Below are positions 13,976-26,200 of a DNA stretch of 64,000 bases, piece after piece. Origin of the DNA: the human T2T-CHM13v2.0 reference genome, Homo sapiens; the NCBI RefSeq assembly GCF_009914755.1, contig NC_060930.1. One strand, given 5' to 3'. Both the position numbers and the translations under genes were made by a program. Each line of letters opens with the position of its first letter. Within the stretch, counting starts at the first letter, position 1. The notes beneath the pieces were generated by a model. It searched no databases. It saw only the letters and a program-made list of their open reading frames with translations, and was not told the origin of the DNA.

Positions 13976-15627
13976 ATAGTTTTGTTTGTTTACTTGTTCT
14001 TGATTCTTAATTTTATAATGATGCAGGCTTACACTGAACAATACTGTATTTGGTTCTAGTAGATGCTTCTTTTAACCATATTGGTATTCAGTGTATTGTC
14101 GGTGATGCTTTTCCCCTTAGTGACATACAGTAATTTTATATTCGGTAGGACTAGATACATTAATTTATTTGTTTTGGCCTTTATGTCTTCTTGTCATTTG
14201 GATTTCATGGTGACTTGACTGTGGTTTGTTCTTTGTAATTATTTCAGATATTCACTTAACTAGAGAGGTTGTTCTGTCTATCAGAAGGCTGATTGGAGGC
14301 ATGTGCTGGAGCTAGACCAGTGTTTTGCAGCCAGTGGTATGAACCTGGAGAGACCAAAGTTTATAGCCTCTCTCTCCACTGCCTCCAAGATAGTGACTGT
14401 GACTGGGCTCCTTTCTTTCCTTCGTTTCTGCCTTCCTCTATTTCTGGGGTTAGTTGTAGATATTTTGAATACTGATACACAGTAAAATTTTAGTTTAGAA
14501 ACACAAAATTTTGGGGGTTCATTTAATTGATGGAAAAGAGAATATTTCACTTTATCCTTTAATACTTGGTTTAGGAATAATATTTGTTCTCTGTAATAAA
14601 AATCACAAATGTGACAATATAACAGTTTCTCCTACTTTAAACTCACTTGATTCATGCCATCTTTCCTTATTGCCTCAGCCTGAAGTGGTATCTCATGTGC
14701 CATGGTTCCGTTAGTACTTTGTTCATATCACTCCTATGAAATTTCTGTGGCACTAAATTTATTAGCTCCTGGCTGGAGGTGAAGGTGGAGGTGGAGTGGT
14801 GGGTACAGGGGTCAGACAGGGAAGACTTGCCTCCTTTATCTTCAGCCGTTCCTGGAGTCTAATGCAGTGCTTCACATGCAGAAGGTTCAGATCAGTATGT
14901 GATGATGGAATGAATGGATAGATATTCCACTTGAAGGAACAAGGGTGATGAGTATGATATTATTGCTAGCAGTAATTTCCTTCATATACCTTAAACACAT
15001 AAAACTTCCTAGTGGGTTTTTGTGGCCATCATTTAGCTCACCCTTAACTAAGCATCAATCCTGTCCTAAGTATTATTTTAGATTCTGGGGATACATACTC
15101 AATTACTTAATTATCTAGTGGGGAAGACAAACATTAACATATTATTTTAATAAAATGTGGCAGGTGCAACTCTGGGAGCTGTGCTGGATTCTCTGGAGTC
15201 TAGAGGAGGGCACCCCACTCTGTTTCAGGAAGATGGACAGTCTTTTCTGTCTCTTGCATTCCCAGCCAAATCCTGAAATATGCATATAGGCAAGCTAGGG
15301 AAATAACAGGAAGAAGAGCAGAAGAAAATTTAGACTGAAGGGCTGGCTTTAACAGAGGTGGGTGAGACAATGAGGTACAGATAAGGATTCTCAAGCTGTG
15401 TTGTTGGAGGATAAGTCTGGAGAAATACACTGGGGTCAGCTTCTGGAGGGTTATGTGTATCATGGTAAGGAGACTTGAACTTTATCTTGAGAGGAAGTAG
15501 AGCATACAGTGGTCAAGTGGCCATTGTAGAGTTTTACCCTTGCCTCTACATTTTCTGAATGTCAGACACCTTCTCTGTTTTTCTCACATAAAATGGGGAT
15601 ACAAATGATCTATCTTTCAGGGTTTGT

Positions 15628-16290
15628 GTATTCATTCAACAGTGAATTTATGAATGCATACCATGTTCCAGGACTCTCTAGGCCTTGGGAATACAGCACT
15701 AAACGTGAGATAAATCCTTATTCCAAAGAGCTTATATTTCTGAGTGTGGTGGTGAGATAGATAAGAAATAATATCAGTGAAATATACAGTCTGTTAAATG
15801 GTGGGTGGAGGATAAAGAATCTGGGACTAGGTTAGGAGCGAGGAAGAGGGAAGGCTGCAATTTTAAATAACATTGTCTGGAAAGAATTATTTGAGATGAC
15901 AATTGAATGAAGACCTGAGGACATGGAGGCCCAATTAATTGAGGGTATTTGAGAGAAGAGCGTTTTGGAGGGAAGAGCAAATGCAAAGACCCCAAATTTA
16001 ATGCCTGACATGTTTGAGAAATGCAAAGAGTCATGAAAGTTGGGGCAGTGGGAGTTATAGTAAGAGATGGGGTCAGGCTAGTAGTGGGGGCCAGAGTTTG
16101 TAGGTCTTTATTGGTCATTATTAGGATTTGGAGTGAGATAAAGCCACTGGAGAGTTTTGGGCAAGTAATAACATAATATGTTTCATAAGGACACCTTGGC
16201 TGCTGTTTTGAGAATAGCCTAGCTAGGGCAAGGGCACGAGGAAGACCGGTTACAAGGCCAGTTTTTAGGAATGGAGTGGTGAGAAGTGGT
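15628..16290 (-). mobile_element. L2a 3' fragment
   Basis: ttcattcaacag...atgttccaggactctctaggccttgggaatacagca; aagccactggagagttttgggca. Confidence 0.8.
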
Positions 16291-18519
16291 GCTTGTAAGG
16301 AATTAAATAACTTGTAAATCACTTCATATTTACCGTGTGCCTGCCAAATGGTAAGGAATTAATAAATGTCAGCTAGCGTTTGACTGTTAAAGCTTCTATC
16401 TATGCTCAGCAAACAGGGTTTAATTCTTTTTTAATCTTTGAGTTTCACTTGTAAGAATAGGAACTTTGCTGGCTAAGATAATAATTGCTATCATTTAGCC
16501 AAGAGCATTCATGGTGAGTTAGCATTGTACAGCCTCCTTAGCATGTTTTCTCCTAATCTTCTCACTAACCCAAGGTGGTAGCTCTCCTTACACCAAGATC
16601 TATGCTACATGTGGTACCACTGGGGAAGTTGAAGGTATTCAGGACCACAGAATTGGTAACTGGAAACCAGGTCTGTCTTTTTCAACTATGTCCATTAGAT
16701 TGCATCTGATATTCAAAATTTCAAGTAGATTCTATCAAAGAATAAAATATGTAAGGAAAGAAGCATATGAAGGACATGTCTGTTATATTTCTGCCATTAT
16801 TGGTAACTCTTAAGTAATAATGATTATCTATGTGCTTAATAGATGTCATTGTGTGTGTGTGTGTATTTGTTCTTCTAAATGGTATGTTTGATATGATCAC
16901 AGACGACATTGTGCCAAATGTAACCACTTTTCCTGGCGGTTTTAATGGTGTTGCAAGAGTCTGTGATGCTTCTGGGTCCTTTTCTGTCCGATGTAGGCAA
17001 TGCATTCATATTGCATGATGATTAGTACAAAGTACAAACAAGGAGACTAGAGAAAAGAGAGGCTAAATGACCAAAGATACTTACCGCGGTAAGTGGCAGA
17101 GTTCATTTGAGAATTCAACAGATTGGTTCCAGAGTCCGTGTTCTTGCTGAGTAGATCACCCCAAGGGAAAACTATAGGCATGTGGTATTAGAAGGGACCT
17201 TATAGACAGAGCTCTTCATTTTGCATGTGAAAAACTGGGGTTCTGATAGGTAGAATCTGTAGCCAGTAACTGGTAGAGCCAGTACTGTAATCTGTGCCTC
17301 TCACTTCCATTACCTGGCACAGCCTTAATTTGATCAGCTGTTTTTCCAGATGAAAAGTGTATTCTCCAAGGGAAGAAACAAATACTTTCTTTATTCTCTT
17401 AAAGTTTGTGAGTGGCTGAATGTTTTAATGTGACGATTTATTAAAAACTGAATCTTTAATTTGAAAATCAGATTTGTATCTTTCAGTTGTTTTATATTTA
17501 ATTATATTGAAAAATCAGCAAATTTAGATTCTCTCATTTGTTTCATGTTCATTTATGATAGCTAACACTTTTAAGAACCTGATATTGTAGCCATATTTAA
17601 ATAGTTATTTCTACAAATCAAATATAAGGAATAAAATATGTCTTATTTATAACTCACATAAATTTAAATCATAGAAGAATTGAACTTGACAGAGATCCTC
17701 AGTAAGAACTTTAAAAAAAATAAGTATCACATGTATTTAATCCATACTTCCCAGTCATTGCAACAAAGCAGGGTATGATTTATGTAGAAGGAAAACATTT
17801 TTTTGTTATTTTTGTAGTGGGGCATTTATTGCACACACAGTAAGTGTTATAACCAAAACAAATATACAATTGGGACACTGTGTTTAAATTATCTTCTGTC
17901 ATGTACTATATAAACCCACAATAGTTTGAAATGTATTTAAGCCACCATCTGGGACAAAGCAAAAGCTGTTCCAGGATCCAGCACATGATGAATGTGAGGC
18001 GAGTTTCATTAGGAGCCTCCTAGCACGTTTCTGCATCCTGAATCGTTTCTTCCACGGTTTGAAAGAATTCCAACATCCGTCTTAGCTCCCTGAGGTTTTG
18101 AGTGTTTTTAATAGATCATGAAATTTTTTGTGGCCTCCTAAAGAACTAAATCAGTGAAGTTAAACATTATTGCATTTAGATTTCCTTTTAATCTGGAGAG
18201 ATAAAATTCAAGTTTGTATCTTTTAAAAGCTTCAGCAGAAATGCCCCATCTGTTGGGAAAAATTCTTACTGGGTTTTGACAGTTTGAAAGGAATAATTTC
18301 TCTTTTAAAGATGACTCACCTTAATTGAGAACCTATTGCCATGATAACAGGTAGCTATTTAATCAAGTACCCATTAAGTGCTATGGGCTGGAGGCAGTTC
18401 AAGCCTTAATACTAATCTGGCATTCTAATCCAGATTTGACTGGCTGTAAAGTTTATGTGAGTGTTTTTCTTTCAGGAAACTGTTTGTTGCCTTATCCCTA
18501 TATAATGACAATAGTACAA

Positions 18520-18699
18520 GTAGTGATAGTTACTGAGGCCTTACCATGTACAGGCATGGTTCTAAGCACTTTCTAAAAATTATCTCACTTATTCATAAGA
18601 ACAGTCTTAAGAAGTAGATACATTTATAATTCCCATTTTACCCGTGAGGAAATTGAAGATTTGAAAGGCTGTAGAACCTGCTGGAGGTTACATGGCTAG
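18520..18699 (-). mobile_element. MIR SINE (target of the THE1 insertion)
   Basis: caggcatggttctaagcacttt...cccattttacccgtgaggaaattga. Confidence 0.75.
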
Positions 18700-19078
18700 T
18701 GATATGGTTTGATTGTGTCATGACCCAAATCTTATCTTGAATTGCAGCTCCCTCCCATAATCCCCGTGTGTTGTGGGAGGGACCTGATAGGAGGTGATTG
18801 AATCATGGGGGTGGGTTTTTCCTGTGCTGTTCTCATGATAGAGGATAAGTCTCATGAGATCTGATGGTTTTTATAAAGGGCAGTTCCCCTGCACACGTTC
18901 TCTTGCCTGCCGCCATGTAAGATGTGCCTTTGCTCCTCCTTTGCCTTCCACCATGATTGTGAGGCCTCCCCAGCCATGTGGAACTGTGAGTCAGTTAAAC
19001 TTCTTTTTCTTTATAGATTCCCCAGTCTCAGGTGTTTCTTCATATTTCTTCATTAGTCCATGAAAATGGACTAATACA
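18700..19078 (+). mobile_element. THE1C/D-type MaLR solo LTR
   Basis: Starts tgatatggtttg, ends ggactaataca; 5-bp TSD gctag at 18695-18699 and 19079-19083; canonical internal motifs (gccatgtaagatgtgcc, ccatgattgtgaggcctccccagccatgtggaactgtgagt). Confidence 0.95.
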
Positions 19079-19249
19079 GCTAGTGAGTTCTAGCCTTCTA
19101 ATTTAACTTTCATGGCAATGCAGGCATTATTCCTGTTTTTACAGATGATATAGCTAGGATCAGAGAGGTTAAATAACTCACCCAAATCACATATGTAATA
19201 AATAGAAAAAGGAGCTGAATCCATGACTTCTAATTCCAAATTCAGTAAT

Positions 19250-19664
19250 CAAAAAAAACTTCAACTTTTATTTTAGATTTGGGGTACATGTGTAAGTTTG
19301 TGACATGGGTATATTGTTTGGTGCTGAGGTTTGGGGTTTGATTGATCCACTCACTCAGGTAGTAGGCATAGTACTGTATAATTACTTTTTCAATCATTCT
19401 CTCTCCCTCCTTCCCCTTTCTAATGGCTCCCAGTGTCTGTTGTTACCATCTTTGTGTCCATGAGTACCCAGTGTTTAGCTCCCACTTGTAAGTGACAGTA
19501 TTTGGTTTTACTACTTATGAGATGCGGTATTTGGTTTTCTGTTACTGTGTTAATTTGCTTAGGATTATGGCCTCCAGCCGCATCCATGTTGCTGCAAAGG
19601 ACATGATTTTGTCTTTTTTATATCTGCATTGTATCTCATGGTATATGTGTACCACATTTTTTTA
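19250..19664 (-). mobile_element. L1PA15/16-like 5'-truncated L1 (3' UTR)
   Basis: ggggtacatgtg...tgctgaggtttgggg...tttagctcccacttgtaagtga...atccatgttgctgcaaaggacatga; 15-bp TSD tccaaattca(g/a)taat at 19235-19249 and 19665-19679. Confidence 0.9.
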
Positions 19665-22171
19665 TCCAAATTCAATAATTTTTAAAACTAAAACATGTTC
19701 CTTCATTTTCAGCAATTATATGTATTTTTATGCATAGAAACTTAAATACAACTATGTAAAATATTTTAAATATGTTTAATATATAACTTAAAAATTTTTC
19801 AGAGAGGTATTTTTTTGAATTTTTTTTATCTAAATTGAATCAGAGAGGAAGCAAGGTTGTGACTGTGGATATGACTTTTCATAACTACCAAACTTTCTGT
19901 AGGTGGACTAGAATATTCACTTTTTAAAACAAAATATAGCAAAAAATATAACAAACACAGAAAAGCACTTGAAATATTGTGTTTGAAGAGATTTGTGTAT
20001 AATTTTGCTATGCTATTGTCCAATATGATACAGTTTCCTTTAGTAGTTACTTTAAATATATTTTTTATTATTAAAACAATATAATATTCTTTTATAGGTT
20101 ATGAAAAAAATCCCTAAATGGTGAAATTAAAGATATTGAAGTTGAGGTTTAATGCAGAACTGCACTTGTTTTCAGGGAACAAATGTCAATATATTAAAGA
20201 GTTTAAGTAGTGTCTGATAATGGTTATATGGTGATCCAGAAGTACAGTAATGATTCTCTTAAAATATTCCATTTTAACTTATTAGGCAATTATGGCTTCT
20301 TATATATGCTATAAGCAAATGTGGTGGAAACATATTTTGTTTTCATAAAAAATTTCTGTTTTAAAGCCTTCTAGACATTTTCAAACAAATCTTTGTTCTC
20401 TATTCTGATTAAGGCAGTACTATTCCAAAATATTTAGGAGTGGTTTTCATTAATTTGCTATTAATGTTACCATTCTGGCTTCTTTCCTCAATAGGAGACT
20501 AATAAAACCATGTGCCGCAGTAAGATAATGTACTAACATGCCAACATGCCTCCTTATTTGAAACCAGATCTCTTTTTCTGGTTTGAAAGTTGTGGATCTT
20601 AAAGTTCTCTGGCACAAGGAAGGCAAGTGAGGTTAGCTATGGAGAGAAGATTGCACAATTAAACCCCATTGTAATGTACGGTCTGTCTGGCCTAGAGCTT
20701 CATCTTATTCTTGTGATTATGAAACAGTATTCTGTCCTGACGAAGAAGGTAGTGGGGAGAAGTTTCTGGGATTTGTAGGAGAGTAGAAAGGAAAGATATT
20801 TGGGAAGGATATTTTTAAAAAAGAAGGGTATCTCTATGATTTGCTGACAATTAACAAGTCTTAAACAGACAATCTTCTCTTAATATGAGGTTTTATGTGA
20901 TGTTGTGAGGGAGCCTGGTATTCACACCAGTGGCCTCAGTTATCACACAGCAGCGAAAGTGAGGAGGTCAATTTTACTTATTTGGCAATTTAACGTGAAA
21001 GCACTGGGTTGTGTTTTGATAATTCCTGCCATATAGGATGGTCAATAATTTCTACTTGCAAAAGGAAAGGAAGCCTTTTTCTTAGCAAAATATTGGTTGG
21101 TGAACAGGAGGAGATCTTAGTGCCTTGTTATTTCGCATCTGTGTATTTGTCATCTTATTCTGACTTGAAAACTACTTCACTATCTATATGATTATTTTGG
21201 ATTCTGAGTAGTTACTCATTTATCTCCCACCAATATGTTATTGCAACATGTGTCATCTGTTACCCTCCCCACATCAGCTAATCATTTGACATATAATTTT
21301 AATATAATATGCTAGGATACAGATTTAGTTTGAAGTTTAATATTTTTCTTCTAGCTTTGGTGAGTGAATTATTAATTGCCATTGTAAAGAAAAATGTATC
21401 ATATAACTGACATGAGAAATGATCGTCAAATATTTGGTGATAGTTTTTTGAGGACTTACGAACTTGAATATGGCACTAAGATTTGGTTAACAGTATTTCC
21501 ATTGATTTCAAGACTTCAGTGACTAAAAGATATTTGGAGGAGTCTTGGGGAAAACTAAATTGTGAAAAACGCTGAAAAGAAATTTGTAGCATTGCAGACT
21601 GTAGCAGAGTTATATGATTTAGATGCCTTGTGTTTAGCCAAATCAAAAATCCAAAAATGGATTTCTGAATACTAAAGTATTAGGATAATTTAACAACATG
21701 CCTACCGTTAATTTCCTAGGAAACAACTTCGTGTGTTATGTTTTGAACTTTCCTTTGTATTAGATTTCTAGAAGGACTTATATTATTCTTGTTTAGTTTC
21801 CATTTTTTAGAATGTTTCTTTTGATGATCCTGTAACTCTCATAAGAGCTCAGACTTTTCCCCTATACCTATATTTGAAGTTGTCTTTTGTCTCTCTAGTA
21901 TTTCAAGCCTAAACCTAGGTTTCACTATTTTCTTCTTGCTTGTTCCCCACATACATTCTCTTAGTATTACCATTACCCAGGCTTGTCCATTTTATCCCTC
22001 AGTCTGTTCCAAGCCTGTTCACACCTTTCCTGTTCTACTGCCTTCACATCTGCTACTGCCAGCTTGTGATAATCCCTCTCTGGACCATGGTAGTTGCTTC
22101 TGGCAGTGTCCCTTCCTTCCCCTCTTTCCTGTGGCATCTCTTCTTTATACAATGGAAGTAGTAATTTTTAA

Positions 22172-22483
<312 letters not shown>

Positions 22484-22624
22484 TTAAATTTTAGATCAGA
22501 TAACATCTACCTCACCTCCAAAGCCCTTCAGTAGCTAGCTCCCTATTGGACTCTAAAAATCCCAACTCCTTAGTGTGGCCTGCAAAGCCTGCATGGTCTG
22601 CTTCTCCTGGATTGTAAGCTCCAC

Positions 22625-23210
22625 GAGGACATTCATTATCATTCAGGAATGTTCATTAAAACACTTGTGTCCAACACCGGCACTGTGCTGAGTACTGGGA
22701 CATAGTAATAAATTAATAAATAAGAATGAGAGAAGAAAAAGAAATGGAAAACAGGAACACCTGTGGACTCTAGTCATGGAACTTCATCTACTGGTAGAAT
22801 AGATATTATCCACGTAATTGCAGAAAGATCTGTTAAAAGTACAACACTGATAAATGCTGTGAAGAATAGGTTCATGATTTTATGAAAGCAGGTAACAGTG
22901 AAGTCTTACTGAGATAGTCATGACTGAGGTGATAAGTGGGAGTACAGGAGGTTGGGGTGTTTGTGTGAGTGGGGAGAGGAGAGAATATGCAGGGAGGGGG
23001 TTTTCTAGAGGAAAAATCTGCATGTTCAAAGCCTGTAGGGGCAGGAGCAGACTGTGGCTAGAAGGCAGGAGCATTGGTGGTTACCTGCTGTTAAGGATTT
23101 CTAATAAGCTGAATGTGGGGAGGGGTGAGGAAAAGGGAGGAATTAGTAGGCTTTTGGTTAAGCACTTGGGTGGATCTTGGCAAACATTAACATTTGGAGA
23201 GGTTCAAGTC
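22625..23210 (-). mobile_element. L2 fragment
   Basis: ggcactgtgctgagtactgggacatag...gactctagtcatggaacttcatcta. Confidence 0.65.
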
Positions 23211-26200
23211 TTGGTGGTACTTGTGTGTGTGTGAGAGAGAGGCGCGTGCACACACACACACACACACAGAGATAAAGCAAGAGAATATGAGATCTACCTT
23301 AGGCAAATCACTTAACCTTTTGAATTGCAGATTCCTATCTCATTTGAAAAACACACCTAAAAATGCCTAACTCATTATGGTGAACGTCAAATGGAATTGT
23401 AAAAATACGTTATAAACTGTGAGTTGGTATTGGTATACATGTAGATGATTGTAGTTAACTATTTCTCAGATATTTCCTTGTATTCCTCAATATTGGTTTG
23501 CAGCCATTCAAGCTGGACTATCATTTTGATATTCTTCCTCACCATATAGCTTTGCTCAAGACTCCACCCTCAACAACAAAGTAAATGTTTTAACTGGAGC
23601 TCTAACTCTTTAATAGCTTCTTTGCTTCCATCCTCTTTTTCTGCTTCTAAGAAATTTAACTTCTCTTCTTAGTTTTTTTCTTACCACCCTTCTCATTTTT
23701 TTTTTCCATTTTCCATCTTGGGCTATATTTCACTTTCAGAATAGGACTTTCTTCCATTTCCCTGTAGCACTGAGCCTAAGACTATGCCCTTTTATGTTTA
23801 CTTTGCCTTTCCTTGTTGGGGAGAGGGGTTTAGGATTAAGTGTAGGTGTATCCACATCTCCTAAGATCTTTTAAGATTATATTTTATTTTCATTTTCTTC
23901 TTAGTAAGCAGGTTCTCGTATTTAAAACCTCTCCCCAAACTCATGTCGATAACATTTTATTACTTTTTTAAAGATAGAAGTTACATATTGGACTTATAAG
24001 GTATGGGAGTGCCAGGGTGTGGGAGAGCTTGCTTTGTTAACTTTTTGGTTTACAATGAAGGAGATGCTCCCTTTTATTTTGGATAGAAGGACATTGTTCT
24101 TCCTCCTGTGGAGTAGGAAAGTTTGCTCCAAGCCAAGCATGCCTCCTTCCTGAGGACTGAGGAATAGCTATCTGCCTGTGTCTATTCTTCACATTGCCTG
24201 GAGAAAGTTAGAATAGAGGTGGAGATTGAGTATCTAGCCACATGAAGTGATTCTTACTGTCATTCATATTTAACATTTATTGCCTTTATTTTGGGGAAAA
24301 ATCATTTAGATGGAAGACTCCTCTCTTTTTAATTTTATCTCCCATTCCAGCTGATCTACAGTATATTTTCTAGGAGAAAATAGATTTAGATACTAATTAG
24401 GATAATTTAATGAAATCTAAAATCTGTGCGAGGTTAGTTGTTGCTATTCCAATAGGAAAATGAAACTGGATTCAGTTATCTTATTGCTAAAATATGCTAA
24501 CCAAGATTCAGCTATTCAGATAACTTTAGAGCTGTAAAATATATTTTATAACTCTGTTTTCATTCTTTCATTAATAAATACCTGCAGTAATTCCCTGGCT
24601 TATTTTCCTTACACAGTTGTTAGAGTAGGACTTTGTTTTCTGTCAGTTTCATTCATTTCATTGTTGTATTTAAGCTGACTATAGAGAAATCATGTTAGCA
24701 AATGTATATGAATTATTTCTCCCTTTCCATGAGGATCTTTCTGATGTCTTATTTTTTTTCTGAGAGAGGCTGTGCATTGACTTTGGTTAGAAATGGTCTG
24801 TCTTTTCAAAATAACTTCTATGTAATTAAAAATGGCTAAACTCTAATATGAAGCTGTTATCTTGAAAGCTATTTCTATATTTAAAAAATCTTATTTTAAG
24901 TTGTAGAAAGCTTGTATGTTTTATGTTAGTATCTGAGTAAAGCTATCAATGGAGGTACATATGTGGTTAAAGTGATGAAAATATAACTACGGTTAAATCA
25001 TTCATCTGTTGCAAATTACTTATGACTTCTAATACAGATTAAATGAAATGCTAGGAAAAAAATATAGATGAGAAAAATATAAGTAGCACCGTATGTGCCA
25101 ATGTGTGACTGTATGCTTGTATATGTTATACACAAAAGTTGTTAACTTCTGCAAAACTTTGACCATTTTCAGTTTACATTGTTAATTTTCATTTATTTGA
25201 TTTAGAAAGACCATTTAAATATGTTCTTAAACCTAGTGACAAAATGTGTGGAAAAATAATGAGAAACATCTCACAGTTAAATATTTTTGTTTTTAGATTA
25301 GTCATGAATGTCTTCTTTCCTGTAGTGTGAATGGCAGAAAGTTAACTATTCATGGTGTAATTTGTGTGAAAACATCTATACTTGCATATTTATTTTTATT
25401 ATTCTATTTTATAGATAGCATTAATTCTCCAACATGGTAATAAAACATGTTTTTCCTTCAGGTACACTGGTATAACTTCCCTTCTGCATGAAAATATTTC
25501 AGTTTATCAAATCATACTTTTCAACTAAAATTTGGTTAACATAGAAATGTTACAACCATAAAAATAAAGTGCTAGTATTAAAAAAGGTTAATTTTGATTT
25601 TGATTTTTACTGTCTTTATTATCTTTAACTGTTAAAACATATTTAGCTCCTAAAATATTTAATAGGGTAATTTAAATTACTGCATAGCACCCTCCTTTTA
25701 GTAGCTGGTGGTAGGAACTCCAAACCAATGGAAATTTCTAGCTGAAATTGGAATCCATGAAGAACCAAACTCAGGAGCCACCTTGTTTTCCTTCCTCATC
25801 TAATATGGATGTTTAATTTGGGGTGGTGACTGACTTTTCAATACAACTTTAAGAGAACATTCTATATAAACTGTTGCGTCTCCCCAGCTACCCTCAGTGA
25901 AAACCACATGTCTAAGCTGAGGGGAAATTCACCCGCATGGAACGGAGCCAGTCTCTTGGAGAAGAACATGGTTGATGGAACCCCTGAACAATAAAGATCT
26001 GTGATTACTGAAGCGGCTCAGAATTTCATTTTTGAGGCCACTAAATCACTCTTGGCCTGCACAGCTGTGTAGTCAGGGGAGGCTGCAGATATTATTCAGG
26101 GCAGCAACCACAGAGTCTGTTTTTTATAGAATATTTTCCCAGTGCTTTTGGAAACTCATCAAGTGTTAAAACTCAGTATTTTCTGGGAAAGTTGAAGATT

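Noticed and set aside
15774-16322. Longest ORF (182 aa, minus strand)
   Set aside because: Lies within a decayed L2 3' region; no recognisable domain or splice context.
16721-17018. Overlapping ORFs in unique sequence
   Set aside because: No recognisable homology or flanking splice sites; one runs through a (TG)n tract.
25451-25467. ttttccttcAG|GTacac recursive-site-like motif
   Set aside because: Donor is too weak beyond the GT.
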